Positions 25,604 to 36,260 of a stretch of DNA of 64,000 nucleotides are shown here, piece by piece (within the stretch, counting starts at the first letter, position 1; each line of letters opens with the position of its first letter). Source of the DNA: Eubacteriales bacterium (GTDB taxonomy: Bacteria; Bacillota; Clostridia; Oscillospirales; CAG-272); the NCBI GenBank assembly GCA_051867925.1, contig JBJDZI010000094.1, forward strand, positions 48,092 to 112,091. The letters run 5' to 3'. Position numbers and translations under genes: made by a program. The notes beneath the pieces are model-generated. The model had not been told where the DNA came from. It made no database searches and saw nothing but the letters and a program-made list of their open reading frames with translations.

Positions 25604-27193
25604 ATGGATACGATCTGTGAAAGGATGATAGCAATGAACGAAAACGAACGCATATACAATGAACCTGCCGACGAAAACAGTTCAGGTGCCCCCGCATCTC
25701 CCCCGTCCGGTGAGAACGGCACTCCCCCGGTGGAGCCGCAAACTCCCGAAGTCACCGCTCCCGTCTACGACGATATCGCTTCCGCTTCCCACAACAGCAC
25801 TGCTTCCCCTGCTCCCAACGGTGCTTCCGGCAACATCCCCGGCGTAGCAGACTTCGCAGGCATCGGGCAGGCAGGTGTAACCCCCGCCTCATCCGAACCT
25901 ACTCCTCCCCGTAACGAATACGAGGTATCCTACGACAGCGCCAGCGGTCGTTATACCTATACCTACACCGAAGAGAGTCCCGCTCCTGCCGCCACTCCCA
26001 AAAAGCGGAGCGGATGGAAGACCACTCTGATTATTTGCGGATGCGCACTCCTGCTGGTCTGTTCCCTTCTTCTGGGACTGGTGGGCGGAGCCATCGGCGC
26101 CGCTTCTGCCACTGATTCCGGCGGCTATACCAATCTGAATGCGCCGGTCATCACCGAAACGGTGGTCAAGGTCAACAATGCCGAGATCGGCACTACCTCC
26201 GTGATGCAAGCCGCCGCAGACGCGGTGAACTCAGTAGTGGTCATCGACACCTTCGCCAGCCAATCTGCCGCCAATGCAGGCGAACAAAGCGGTGCCGGCA
26301 GCGGCGTCATCTGGACCGCCGACGGCTATATTGTCACCTGTAACCATGTAGTTGACGGATATTCCATTATCCGCGTCACCCTTGCCGACGGCAGTACCTT
26401 CTTTGCAGATGTGGTCGGCACCGACTCCCGCACCGATCTGGCGGTTCTGAAGATCGCCACCAGCGGACTGCCTGCCGTCACCGTTCGGGGTACCGAACTG
26501 GTGCTTGCCGAAACAGTCATCGCCATCGGCAACCCGCTGGGCGTACTGTCCAACACCGTTTCCAGCGGCATCCTATCCTGCCTCACCCGTGAGATCACCG
26601 TAGAAGGGCAGACCATGTCGCTGATTCAGATTGATGCGGCAGTCAACCACGGCAACTCGGGCGGCGGTCTGTTCGACACCAACGGCTCGCTGATCGGCAT
26701 CGTCAACGCCAAATCCACAGGCGAGAGCGTGGAGGGCATCGGCTTTGCCATCCCTATCACCACCGTGCTGGACGTTGCCAATCAGCTCATCGAAGTGGGC
26801 TACGTTGCGGGACGCCCCCGTCTGGGCATTACGGTCGTCGCGGTTAACCAATCCAACGCTTCCTACGTCTTTGAGGACGAGTACTACCCCAAACTGAAAG
26901 ATTATGCAACCTCCACCTATAAAGACATTTGGGGACGCGAACACACCCAGGTAATCCCCGGCGTGTATATCTACGACACCTCGTTGGTAGCAGGTTACGC
27001 CAGCGGAAGTGCAGAATTGCAGTTTGGCGATCGCATTCTCTTCGTAGGCAGTACAGAGATTTCGGAAAATTCCGACGTCCTCTCTGCGCTGAGTAGTTAT
27101 AACGCAGGCGACGTAATCCAAATGACCGTCCAGCGCGATCACAGCACCACCATCGTGGTAGACGTGATTCTGGGGCAGCAGGGCGCAGACTAA
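25604..27193 (+). CDS. HtrA/DegP-family serine protease (trypsin-like S1C domain + PDZ) with long Pro/Ser-rich cytoplasmic N-terminus and one TM
   Basis: 529 aa. Catalytic context TCNHVV (His), TDLAVLKI (Asp), GNSGGGLFD (Ser). C-terminal PDZ-like region. The start could instead be ATG 25634. Confidence 0.85.
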   Translation: MDTICERMIAMNENERIYNEPADENSSGAPASPPSGENGTPPVEPQTPEVTAPVYDDIASASHNSTASPAPNGASGNIPGVADFAGIGQAGVTPASSEPTPPRNEYEVSYDSASGRYTYTYTEESPAPAATPKKRSGWKTTLIICGCALLLVCSLLLGLVGGAIGAASATDSGGYTNLNAPVITETVVKVNNAEIGTTSVMQAAADAVNSVVVIDTFASQSAANAGEQSGAGSGVIWTADGYIVTCNHVVDGYSIIRVTLADGSTFFADVVGTDSRTDLAVLKIATSGLPAVTVRGTELVLAETVIAIGNPLGVLSNTVSSGILSCLTREITVEGQTMSLIQIDAAVNHGNSGGGLFDTNGSLIGIVNAKSTGESVEGIGFAIPITTVLDVANQLIEVGYVAGRPRLGITVVAVNQSNASYVFEDEYYPKLKDYATSTYKDIWGREHTQVIPGVYIYDTSLVAGYASGSAELQFGDRILFVGSTEISENSDVLSALSSYNAGDVIQMTVQRDHSTTIVVDVILGQQGAD

Positions 27194-27250
27194 GCGGCAT
27201 TTTATCTGCTGCACATTGATCCTATTGGGGCTTGACCCCCGCAAAACGTA

Positions 27251-27280
27251 GGGGCGGCAAGCACTTGCCGCCCCTTTTTA
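27251..27280 (+). terminator. Rho-independent terminator (member of the CGGCAA-N4-TTGCCG hairpin family)
   Basis: GGGGCGGCAA-GCAC-TTGCCGCCCC followed by TTTTTA. Confidence 0.7.
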
Positions 27281-27416
27281 TGAAATTCGGAAAAGACGAA
27301 AGAACCTTCTTTCAAGGGATCGGTCTCTTCCACGGACGACATCCATTACAGTCCTTTTCAAAAAAGCACTTGGAGGTGCAAAAGCCTTCTTTCAAGAAAG
27401 CTTTTGCAAAAATACT

Positions 27417-28094
27417 ATGGCAAAATTACTGATCGTAGACGACGAAGAAAAAATCCGCACGCTGATCCGCAAATACGCGGAATTTGACGGTCACACCGTC
27501 GTGGAAGCGGGCAACGGCATGGAAGCACTGGAGTGCTTCCGCAGAGAACCCTTTGATCTCATCGTGATGGACATTATGATGCCCGTGCTGGACGGACTGT
27601 CCGCGTCGCGGGAGATTCGCAAGCATAGCGAAGTCCCCATCATCGTGCTTTCGGCGCGGGGCGAGGAATATGACCGCATCGGCGGCTTTCAGCTTGGCGT
27701 GGACGACTATGTGGTCAAACCCTTCTCGCCCAAGGAGTTGATGCTGCGCATTGAGGCAATCCTCAAGCGCACCGTGGGAAGCAGCACATCCGACAAAAAA
27801 GAGATCTACCGCAAAGAAGGTCTGACGGTAGACTTCACCGCCCGCATCGTCACGGTGGACGGAGCGGTCGCCGAACTGTCCCCCAAAGAATACGAACTGC
27901 TCTTCTACATGATCCGCAACAAAAACATCGCGCTGACCAGAGAAAAACTGATCTGCGAGGTCTGGGGCTACGATTTTTACGGCGACGATCGCACGCTGGA
28001 CACCCACATCAAACTCCTACGCCACTCTTTAGGCCCATACAGCAAGTTCATCGTCACCCTGAGAGGAGTGGGCTACCGCTTTGAAGGCAACTAA
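27417..28094 (+). CDS. OmpR-family response regulator
   Basis: 225 aa. LIVDDEEKIR, DLIVMDIMMP, winged-helix C-terminus LTREKLICEVWG..TLDTHIKLLR..RGVGYRF. Confidence 0.92.
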   Translation: MAKLLIVDDEEKIRTLIRKYAEFDGHTVVEAGNGMEALECFRREPFDLIVMDIMMPVLDGLSASREIRKHSEVPIIVLSARGEEYDRIGGFQLGVDDYVVKPFSPKELMLRIEAILKRTVGSSTSDKKEIYRKEGLTVDFTARIVTVDGAVAELSPKEYELLFYMIRNKNIALTREKLICEVWGYDFYGDDRTLDTHIKLLRHSLGPYSKFIVTLRGVGYRFEGN

Positions 28095-29661
28095 ACACAG
28101 CAGTAGTAAATCCGTCCTGCACACCGCCCACCCCGGAAGGACTCACCCCCACAAAGGACTTTCGGTGCGGGTGAAGATCCTCCTCGCATTCCTGCTTTTC
28201 ACCATCCTTACTATGGGATTGCTTTGGCTGATGCAGGTCGTCTTCTTAGATCAGATTTACCGCACCATCAAGATTCGCAGTTTGGAAGACAGTGCCGACG
28301 AGGTCATCGCGGCGGTGGGAGGCGACGATCTGTACGATTGCGCAGATTCCCTTTCCAATCGCCACGGTCTGACGCTCCTGCTCTTCTATCCCGAAACGGG
28401 AAGCCTGACGCGGCTGGCATCTGCCTCACCGCTGACCGGCATGGGACGGGAACTCACCGCAGAAGACTGTATGCAACTGGTGATGCTGGCAGAAAAGGAA
28501 GGTGGTACTTACCTGCGCACCGAGGAGTTTGACGGCAACCGTCTGCCTCACGGCTCCAAAGATCCGCAGAATCAATCCTCCGCCCCCTCGCCAAACAAAG
28601 ATGCACTCCCCGCTCCCTCTGATGAGGATGCCATGGAGGTTGTGACCTACACCGCCCTGTTCGAAGCGGAAGAGGGCGTCACCGCCGCGCTGATCCTTCG
28701 CACGGTCATCACGCCCATCTCTGCCGCCCGGGACACCATCTTTTTCGTTCTGATGGCGGCATCTGTCCTGCTGACCCTGCTGGCAATTCTGCTGGCGATC
28801 TTCATCGCCCGCACCGTGGTACGCCCCATCGAGCAAATCAACAAAGGCGCGCATCGGCTGGCGGACGGCGATTACAGCTACCGTTTCCCCGAAACAGGCA
28901 GTTATCGGGAAGCGGGTGAGTTGGCGGCAACCCTCAACCATGCTTCCGAGGAACTTTCCAAGGTTGACAGCCTGCGCCGCGAACTAATCGCCAACGTTTC
29001 CCACGATCTGCGCACACCGCTGACTCTGATCTCGGGTTACAGCGAGGTGATGCGCGATCTGCCGGGCGAGATCACTCCCGAAAATCTGCAGACCATCATT
29101 GACGAGAGCGCACGGCTCACCTCGCTGGTCAACGATATGCTGGAGATCTCCAAAATCCAAAGCGGCAATCTGAACCCGATCCTCTTCCCCTTCTCCATCA
29201 GCGAAATGCTGCGGGAGAGCGTCGCCACCTACAAGAATCTCGCCACCTGTCAAGGCTATCATTTCACGCTTTGGATCGATCAAGAGGTTACGGTAAACGG
29301 TGACCGCGCCATGCTGGTGCGGGCACTGAACAATCTGATCAACAACGCGCTGACCTACACAGGCGAGGACAGAAAGATCGGTATCCGCCAGATCACCACC
29401 GCCTCCCGCGTGCGGATAGAGGTCACCGACACCGGTGCAGGCATCCCACAGGACAAACTGCAGGACATCTGGGATCGCTATTACAAAGTGGACACCGAAC
29501 ACAAACGCTCCGCCGTAGGCACGGGGCTGGGGCTGTCTATTGTCAAATCCATCATCTCGCTCCACGGCGGCTCTTGGGGTGTGCGCAGCAGCAACGGTTA
29601 TGGCTCCACCTTCTGGTTTGAACTGAGTCGGGAATCCGATGATGCTCCGAAAGCAATATAA
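28081..29661 (+). CDS. Sensor histidine kinase (TM-HAMP-HisKA-HATPase_c)
   Basis: 526 aa from TTG 28081 (overlapping the regulator). Alternative start GTG 28165 with AAAGGA SD. H-box VSHDLRTPLT, N-box NNLINNALTYT, G-box DTGAGIP..GTGLGLSIV. Confidence 0.88.
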   Translation: MKATKHSSSKSVLHTAHPGRTHPHKGLSVRVKILLAFLLFTILTMGLLWLMQVVFLDQIYRTIKIRSLEDSADEVIAAVGGDDLYDCADSLSNRHGLTLLLFYPETGSLTRLASASPLTGMGRELTAEDCMQLVMLAEKEGGTYLRTEEFDGNRLPHGSKDPQNQSSAPSPNKDALPAPSDEDAMEVVTYTALFEAEEGVTAALILRTVITPISAARDTIFFVLMAASVLLTLLAILLAIFIARTVVRPIEQINKGAHRLADGDYSYRFPETGSYREAGELAATLNHASEELSKVDSLRRELIANVSHDLRTPLTLISGYSEVMRDLPGEITPENLQTIIDESARLTSLVNDMLEISKIQSGNLNPILFPFSISEMLRESVATYKNLATCQGYHFTLWIDQEVTVNGDRAMLVRALNNLINNALTYTGEDRKIGIRQITTASRVRIEVTDTGAGIPQDKLQDIWDRYYKVDTEHKRSAVGTGLGLSIVKSIISLHGGSWGVRSSNGYGSTFWFELSRESDDAPKAI

Positions 29662-29674
29662 CAACGCAGAATAG

Positions 29675-29860
29675 AATGTCGCAATAAGTCTCTGATAGAC
29701 TACAACTGATATGCCAAATTCATGTGCGTCAACAGAGTGTTTATTGGCAATAATGGTTCGTTTCTGAGAGGAGGGCGGACGCCGAAGTTTCCGCCCTCCT
29801 CTCCGAGCCGCCGCGTAGCGGCTGTTGCTCCTCTCCACCCACTTCCTTGACTCCGGCAGT
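29675..29860 (+). repeat. Intergenic ~190-nt repeat family, copy B
   Basis: AATGTCGCAATA..CAACTGATAT..CAGAGTGTTT..GTTCGTTTCTGAG, perfect stem GAGAGGAGGGCGGA (29766-29779) / TCCGCCCTCCTCTC (29790-29803), ..CTCTCCACCCACTTCCTTGACTCCGGCAGT. Begins 14 nt after the kinase stop codon. Confidence 0.85.
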
Positions 29861-29987
29861 TTTGCGAAATTCAATCAAAAACAAATGCTGTCGCAAATAC
29901 AGAAATCATTCCTATCGAAACGACAACTTCTATAATAGGGACTATAGCAAAACTCCTGTTTTTCACGAAATTTGTGTGAAAAAGCGA

Positions 29988-30030
29988 CAAAAAATCAAGG
30001 TTTTCTTTGCGTGAAAACCTTGATTTTTTG
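29988..30030. terminator. Bidirectional rho-independent terminator
   Basis: Perfect 18-bp stem CAAAAAATCAAGGTTTTC / GAAAACCTTGATTTTTTG with a 7-nt loop. The A-run and T-run are built into the arms. Confidence 0.7.
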
Positions 30031-30094
30031 TGCATTATGCGGGTTTTACAACAGTTCCTTTGTTTTGATGCTGTGGACACACCGTCCGCCCGCA

Positions 30095-31063
30095 TTACTC
30101 CATTTCCCAAAGGTTCAGGGATTTGTAATCGTCATCATAGACGATCTCCATCTTCTCGCCGTAATCGCGGACATAATAAGCGAATTCCCGCTCCTTATAG
30201 CTTTGAATGATGTCGTTGTAATTGTCGTTCACAAAATCCATGGATAACGCCTTGCGGCGGGCGATGAGAATACCGTCTCCCCGCACCACAGGCGCGGCGC
30301 ATTCCCCTTCCTTCAGCGAAAGGATCAATTCTTCAAAGTCCTCGTTCTGCTGGGTGTAGGTGAACGCATTCAGGTTAACGTATTCCATCGACAGCGCATA
30401 TTCGCCCGCATAGCGATCATCCAGCGTCTGCATAGATGTTCCCGCCTTGATCTCGGCGTACAAACTGTCGGCAAACGCGATCTTCTCGTCCTTATCGGTT
30501 TCCGAATAGTAGATATACAAATACTCGGCGGAGAAGAAATTGCCTGTGGCAATGTCCGCATCAATGGTAGCCGCATCGGTGGGAATCAAATTGTAACGCT
30601 CTTCAGTCAGATAGTCGTAGACCTTCCGCGCCAAGATCTGCAGTTCCACCAGTTCCTTGTAAACGTCCTCGGTCAAATATGCCTCTGCCAGTGCCGCTTG
30701 ATACGCGGCATCGTCGGCATACTCCGCCTTCATGGACTCCAGCGAAGACTCAACGCTTTTTTTCTCTTCATCGCTCAGTTTCAGATCAAACTCGTCTGCC
30801 AGCGCACGGTACGCCATCAATTCACGAATCGCATCGTAAACCAGAGTCTCCAGCCGCTCAACCTTGGCGGGATCAGCGGTATACTCCTCAGCGGTGTAGC
30901 CCAGTTCGCCTCGGTAATTCATGGTGAAATAGCGAAGCAGATCGTAGGAGACTTTCTCGTCCCCCACCTTCATTGCGACGTCGGAACAGCCAACCAGACA
31001 TCCCACGGCAAAGAGTGCCGCCATGAACAGAGCAATGATCTTAGCAATCGGTCGAGTGCGCAT
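30095..31063 (-). CDS. PrsA/SurA-N-like foldase-type lipoprotein
   Basis: Trimmed to ATG 31063 (MRTRPIAKIIALFMAALFAVGCLVGCSD, AAAGGAGG 7 nt upstream). Helical SurA_N-like region and a C-terminal PpiC-like remnant (..GECAAPVVRGDGILIARR..). Confidence 0.7.
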   Translation of the reverse strand: MRTRPIAKIIALFMAALFAVGCLVGCSDVAMKVGDEKVSYDLLRYFTMNYRGELGYTAEEYTADPAKVERLETLVYDAIRELMAYRALADEFDLKLSDEEKKSVESSLESMKAEYADDAAYQAALAEAYLTEDVYKELVELQILARKVYDYLTEERYNLIPTDAATIDADIATGNFFSAEYLYIYYSETDKDEKIAFADSLYAEIKAGTSMQTLDDRYAGEYALSMEYVNLNAFTYTQQNEDFEELILSLKEGECAAPVVRGDGILIARRKALSMDFVNDNYNDIIQSYKEREFAYYVRDYGEKMEIVYDDDYKSLNLWEME

Positions 31064-31092
31064 ACAAGCGCCTCCTTTCGGTAATACGCGGA

Positions 31093-32934
31093 TCAATATC
31101 TTTGGGTTTCATCCACGGGCAGACCGTCCCGCAGATCCTGCATGGCGACATACAACTGCTCCAGCCGCGAGGACAGCACATAGAAACTGCCCGCTTCCTC
31201 AGATGCCTTGCCGTCCGCGTCGATCTCCTGAATGGTGCAGAACAATCTGCCGTCGGACAACTCGTAGAAGCGGTACTTCTTGGAAACGCTCTCCAGAATG
31301 TAATCCACCTCTGTGGTGCTGGTGCCGGAGGAATCGGTCTTGTAGACCACTCTACGGCGGGAGGAGACCTCGATGGTTGCCACGGGATCGTTCTTCATCG
31401 CTTCTTTTGCTATCTCATCGGTGACTCTGCCGCGGTTGGCAATGCTGACGAGAATCTGATAGAACTCTCTGAATTCCTTCGTATTCAGCGTGATGCCGTC
31501 AGCCGTATTGATCACCAGATTGGTACCTGTGCCGGTCAGCTGATAGGTCTCGTTGATCTCCTGCAGACCAACTCTGTCGCTTTCTCCGACGCCCAGCGCG
31601 TAATACTTACCGCTGATCTTGATGGAGTCGCACTTGTCGATGCCCAGAAAAACCAGCTGATTCATCAGAAACGCCTGATCGTCCCACTGCAGGAAATAAG
31701 CGGTGTCCAGCGATACCTTGCAGATAGTGTTGAAGTTCAGCGAATAAGCATAGTAGTAGGACTCTTCCTGCAGATCGCTGAACCAGACTTCGCTTTCTAT
31801 GCCCTGATATTTATAGCGCAAAGTATATTTGATCTGATCGGGAGAAAGCCCATATTTTTCAAAGGTGGCGTCATCAAAGCCGTAGTAAGACTCTCCGTCT
31901 TCATCGGTGATCAAAGACGCCAGTTCCAGCACCTCATCCCCTGTAAAATCAGAGAACAGGCTGGTCAGCGTTTCAAAGCGGGTAGACACGTAGTAGCCGG
32001 GATGAGAAGCGGCATAGTAAACGCTGAGTCCTGCATACTGGGCAAAGGGATCTTTGGATGCGTTCAAGGGTTTGATGCTGATGGCAGGAGACAGTTTTTG
32101 CGTAACCGTTCCGTCTTCGTTGACGACGTCGTAGAGATATTCCTCTTCGTGTCTCCAGATGAAGAACGAATCGAATAATGTGGTATTCTGACTGTCAATG
32201 GGTAGTGTCAGCGTAGGCGTGATCAGCTTCACGGGAGAGAGGAGCAAAGCCGCGTCCAAATTGTTGGGAGACAGGGTGTAGACCGAGTCCCGCTCCATCG
32301 TCTCGCCGGTAGAGAGCAGTTTGTCCTCACCGACCACGCGAACGTAATATCCGCTTCCCGAAGGTGTTTTGTCGCCGACATAATAGGTGTAGGTCACCCC
32401 GTCAGTGGTTTCCAAGGTGACGGAAACCGCTTCCTCGGGAGTGGCATAGTCCAGACCGTAGCGACTGTAATCGTCGCAGTGATCCTCCACACGGGAGGTA
32501 GCCAGCGTCAGTCCTGCGCCCACCACCACGTTGGACAGCAGAGAACTGTTATAGGGAGCGTACTCGTAATTGATCAGGTAAAAATCACCGGGAACCAGAC
32601 CGTCCTCGTTGTCTTCGGAACCGCTGTACTGATAGAATCCCCAATCCACGTACTGTTTGCCGTAAACGGCGTTGCCGGGATTGTGGATCGAAATCTTGCT
32701 GATATTGGCGCGCTCGTAGTGGGGGTACATCAGTACGCGCCCGTTGGTGGACTCCACTTCGCTTTCCCAAATGGGCTTATACACTACCGTTTGGGTGGTG
32801 CCATCATCGTCTTCCATCAAATAACTGATGACGAAGTAGCCCACAAGCAGTACCACGAAAGCCGCCAAAAGCACGCCGATCGTCAGCATACTTCTTTGGA
32901 TCGAATTTTTTTTCTTAGTCACAAGACTGCTCAT
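31093..32934 (-). CDS. DUF4340 domain protein (N-terminal TM anchor), accessory to GldG-type ABC systems
   Basis: 613 aa. MSSLVTKKKNSIQRSMLTIGVLLAAFVVLLVGYF, then a large extracytoplasmic beta-rich body. 4-nt overlap with the upstream GldG-like gene. Confidence 0.75.
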   Translation of the reverse strand: MSSLVTKKKNSIQRSMLTIGVLLAAFVVLLVGYFVISYLMEDDDGTTQTVVYKPIWESEVESTNGRVLMYPHYERANISKISIHNPGNAVYGKQYVDWGFYQYSGSEDNEDGLVPGDFYLINYEYAPYNSSLLSNVVVGAGLTLATSRVEDHCDDYSRYGLDYATPEEAVSVTLETTDGVTYTYYVGDKTPSGSGYYVRVVGEDKLLSTGETMERDSVYTLSPNNLDAALLLSPVKLITPTLTLPIDSQNTTLFDSFFIWRHEEEYLYDVVNEDGTVTQKLSPAISIKPLNASKDPFAQYAGLSVYYAASHPGYYVSTRFETLTSLFSDFTGDEVLELASLITDEDGESYYGFDDATFEKYGLSPDQIKYTLRYKYQGIESEVWFSDLQEESYYYAYSLNFNTICKVSLDTAYFLQWDDQAFLMNQLVFLGIDKCDSIKISGKYYALGVGESDRVGLQEINETYQLTGTGTNLVINTADGITLNTKEFREFYQILVSIANRGRVTDEIAKEAMKNDPVATIEVSSRRRVVYKTDSSGTSTTEVDYILESVSKKYRFYELSDGRLFCTIQEIDADGKASEEAGSFYVLSSRLEQLYVAMQDLRDGLPVDETQRY

Positions 32935-34514
32935 GAATATCTTCTCCTAACATTGACCGCCAAACCGAGAATTGCGATTACGGAAGGCAACGCCACAGAC
33001 AGGACTACCGTCCAGCGGGTAGCCTGCGCGGTGGTAATATTGAGTCCCTCGTTTGGGATGACCTTGTCATTCAATTCGTATGCGACGGTATTGCCGGACA
33101 TCATCCCCAGCGCCGCCACCAGCACTTCGCGGTTGGCGTATTCCGCCCGCTCGGTATAGGTGCCGTTGGGCAACATAGTAGTACCTGCCGCCAGCAGATA
33201 GGAGCCGTCGGAAATGGTGCTGAAGGTCAGCAGAGCGTCGCCTGCCTTCACCTGCTCGGCATCAGCGGCGTCGGCATAGGAGGATGCGGGAACGGTGTAG
33301 ACCGCCGTAGCCTTGGCAGGATCGGTCACACGGATGGGACGGGTGTTACGAAAGATCATCTTCTCTTCCGTATCCAACTTGGCAAGACGTTGCGACAGCA
33401 GATCATCGCCGAGCGTGGGAACGCCCACCAGACTGAAGCCGTCCACGTGAATGCCCGCGGAGCCGTCATCCTTGAGTTTCGCATTCAGATAATCCACGCC
33501 TGCCGACTCATTCAGGAAGCTCTCCAGATTGGTCAGCGAGCGGGTGCCGGGATTCAGGAAGACCATCAGCGAATTGCCATCGGTCTCTGCAAACTTCTTC
33601 AGTTTTTCCAGTTCTCCGTCTTCGGAGGAATCAGAAGAGATATAATCGGTCTCGGGGCCGAAGACGATGGCAACAGCGTTGCCGCTGTGGTCAAAATTCT
33701 CGTACTGCAGGTCGATCTTGCGGATCTCGTAACCGCAGTCCCGCAGGAGATTCCACAGATTTGCCGCAGAGCCGTAATCGTTGCTTTCTTCGCCGATGAC
33801 GTACTCGCCCACCGCCTCACCATGACCGGTGATGAAGTAGGCAGTGGGAGTGACCGTCTGGGTAACAGACAGAATCGCGGAAACCAAGCGATATTCGCCC
33901 TTAAAGGAGGTCACGCAGTAACTCGAATTGAACCCGTAGAACGAGTTTCGGTTATACAGACGGTAATTGTGCCAATATTCCATCGGCTCACCGGTCTGCT
34001 GATTGTAAACGATATCGCCGTGATTATCGCGAACGGGGGTATAATTATCGATCAGGACGGAGGTCACACCGAAGGTGCGATCCGAGGATTCGTAATACTC
34101 ATCGCCCACGATGTTCTTGATCTTATGTCCCTCGGTGTTCAGATCAATAAACTCTACGTTGATATAAGAATGGCGATCTGCCATCTCTTCTGCCAGTTCC
34201 AGGATATATTTCATTCCCCAAGCGGTGTAATCACCGTAATAATTTGCCGAGGATGCAGGGCGATTGAGTTGGTCACGGTCTGCCATAAAATAGATGGTGA
34301 CCCGGTTGTCCTGCCCTTCCCGTTCTGCAAGCAGAGTGTCGGAGGTGTCTGACAGTTCGAACAGGTTGTCGGCAGTCATATCCAGATTGTTTCCAACCGC
34401 CGAGAAGATGGCGGAAACGATCACGTTGAAGATGACGACTACTGCTACCACGGCGGCGGTCAGACCGATCGCCGCACCGCCGTAGCAGAAGGATTTGCGT
34501 TCAGTGAATTTCAT
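32931..34514 (-). CDS. GldG-like protein (ABC-type uncharacterized transport system auxiliary component), paralogue 2
   Basis: 527 aa. N- and C-terminal TM helices. IYFMADRDQL.., YFITGHGE, LVFLNPG. Paralogous to 34528..36228. Confidence 0.8.
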   Translation of the reverse strand: MKFTERKSFCYGGAAIGLTAAVVAVVVIFNVIVSAIFSAVGNNLDMTADNLFELSDTSDTLLAEREGQDNRVTIYFMADRDQLNRPASSANYYGDYTAWGMKYILELAEEMADRHSYINVEFIDLNTEGHKIKNIVGDEYYESSDRTFGVTSVLIDNYTPVRDNHGDIVYNQQTGEPMEYWHNYRLYNRNSFYGFNSSYCVTSFKGEYRLVSAILSVTQTVTPTAYFITGHGEAVGEYVIGEESNDYGSAANLWNLLRDCGYEIRKIDLQYENFDHSGNAVAIVFGPETDYISSDSSEDGELEKLKKFAETDGNSLMVFLNPGTRSLTNLESFLNESAGVDYLNAKLKDDGSAGIHVDGFSLVGVPTLGDDLLSQRLAKLDTEEKMIFRNTRPIRVTDPAKATAVYTVPASSYADAADAEQVKAGDALLTFSTISDGSYLLAAGTTMLPNGTYTERAEYANREVLVAALGMMSGNTVAYELNDKVIPNEGLNITTAQATRWTVVLSVALPSVIAILGLAVNVRRRYS

Positions 34515-34527
34515 CCTTACATCCTCC

Positions 34528-36228
34528 TCAGCTATGACGACGTTTGATAAAGACGATGGTACCCATGATCAGCGAACCTGCAGGGATCAGACTGCACAGG
34601 ACGATGGTCCAGGTCAGTGCCGCAGTATCGTCAATATCATCGAGTCCTTCCCCTGCCATGACCTTGAAATCGATCTCGAAGGGGACGGTGTCACGGCTCA
34701 TCAGTCGCATGGTGTAATACAGGACATCCCGATTGGCGTAAGCGGTGCTGTCCAGCAGTTCGTTGGACGCAAAACCGGTTCCGCCGCAGGTAAAGACATA
34801 GGTTGCAACCTGATCGTTGTCGTCGTTCATCAGCGTTTCGTAGGTCAGTGCCGCCAAAACCGCACCGCCCTGCTCCTCATCGGAAAGCGCACTGCCGTCT
34901 GCCGCCGCCAAAGCAGTCCCTTCGGGAGCGAGGAATACGGCACCTGCCGTCAGCGAAGCGAACATTTCGCTATAGCCGATGGACTGGGCAAAATTGGGGT
35001 CCAGTTTCATGGGACGTGCGTTCTTAAACGCCGCGCGGGGCTGGGAATCCAGTTCGGAAAGCTGACTGGTCAGATTGATGCCCACGCTGTACTGGTCGGT
35101 CTCGTATGCGCCGAGGAAACTCAGACCGTCATCGGACAACCCGTTCTTGCCGCTGTCCTTGATCAGCGCATCCTCAAAGGAAACGCCCCAGTAGTCGTAC
35201 AGATAGGACTCCAGATTGTAAAGCGGCGCATCGGTCTCGTCCACAAACGCCATCAGATGATGATCTTCCTGCACCAGAAAGTGGCGGATCAGAGCGATCT
35301 CGTTGACTCCGCCCGAAGCGGCGGCGGCATCACCTTGGTAATCGGTACGGGGACCATAGATCACCAGAATGCGCGCGCTGTCATCTTCAAAAAGCATATC
35401 GGCTTCTTTGGTCAGATCGATCTTCTTGGTGGTGAAACCGGCGTCAAAGAAGAGATCGCGCAGTTCCTGCGCCTCGCCGTAGTCACCGGAGGAGGAAAAT
35501 TCGCCCGCAGTATACGTACCCACAGGCTCGCCGTGTCCCGTGATGAAGTAAACGGTGGGGTTTGCCCCTGCCAGAGACAGGATGGTAGCGGTAAACCGCT
35601 GGTCGCCCTTGAAGGCATATACATAAGAGGTATCCGAATCGAAGGTGAAGAAGGCATCCCGCTTGACAATGCGGAAGTTGTGGTGCATTACGGGTTTTCC
35701 GTTCTCATCCAGCACGTCGTTTCCGTCAATGTCCTTCTCGCTGGTGTAATTGTCGATGATCACGTCCTGCTTGGTCAGGGTCGTACCCACCGTGGAGCGG
35801 AATACTTCCAGTTCTTCGGAATTTTTGGTCAAATGCAGGTGTTTCACCGAGATAAAATCGTATCGGTTGGCAAATTCCAGCGCGATATCGTAAACATACT
35901 TCATTCCCCACAAACTACCGGATGCATCGTAGCCAAGGCTTGCGTAGTGGGAATTGGAGTAATCCAGATAGGTGGAGCGAAGCTCGTCCGCATCCGCCAA
36001 AAAGTAGATGGTGATATTGTTTTCATCGGCATTCAACTCGTTCAGCATAGTCTGAGACTCGTTGGAGATCTCGCTGTAATTGGCGTCGGTCATATCCAGA
36101 CGCAAAAGCGCTCGATCAGACAGAACGGTAAAGCCGATATTCACAGCCAACACCGCAAGTAGGACTACAACCGTCAGTCCGGAATGCAACAGTCGGCGCT
36201 TGATCTTGCTCTGTTTTTTCTGTTCCAT
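34528..36228 (-). CDS. GldG-like protein, paralogue 1
   Basis: 566 aa. N/C-terminal TM anchors. IYFLADADEL, YFITGHGEP, ILVIYGP. Same architecture as paralogue 2. Confidence 0.8.
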   Translation of the reverse strand: MEQKKQSKIKRRLLHSGLTVVVLLAVLAVNIGFTVLSDRALLRLDMTDANYSEISNESQTMLNELNADENNITIYFLADADELRSTYLDYSNSHYASLGYDASGSLWGMKYVYDIALEFANRYDFISVKHLHLTKNSEELEVFRSTVGTTLTKQDVIIDNYTSEKDIDGNDVLDENGKPVMHHNFRIVKRDAFFTFDSDTSYVYAFKGDQRFTATILSLAGANPTVYFITGHGEPVGTYTAGEFSSSGDYGEAQELRDLFFDAGFTTKKIDLTKEADMLFEDDSARILVIYGPRTDYQGDAAAASGGVNEIALIRHFLVQEDHHLMAFVDETDAPLYNLESYLYDYWGVSFEDALIKDSGKNGLSDDGLSFLGAYETDQYSVGINLTSQLSELDSQPRAAFKNARPMKLDPNFAQSIGYSEMFASLTAGAVFLAPEGTALAAADGSALSDEEQGGAVLAALTYETLMNDDNDQVATYVFTCGGTGFASNELLDSTAYANRDVLYYTMRLMSRDTVPFEIDFKVMAGEGLDDIDDTAALTWTIVLCSLIPAGSLIMGTIVFIKRRHS

Positions 36229-36260
36229 GTTTCTTTTCCTTTACATAGACGGTAGACGAA

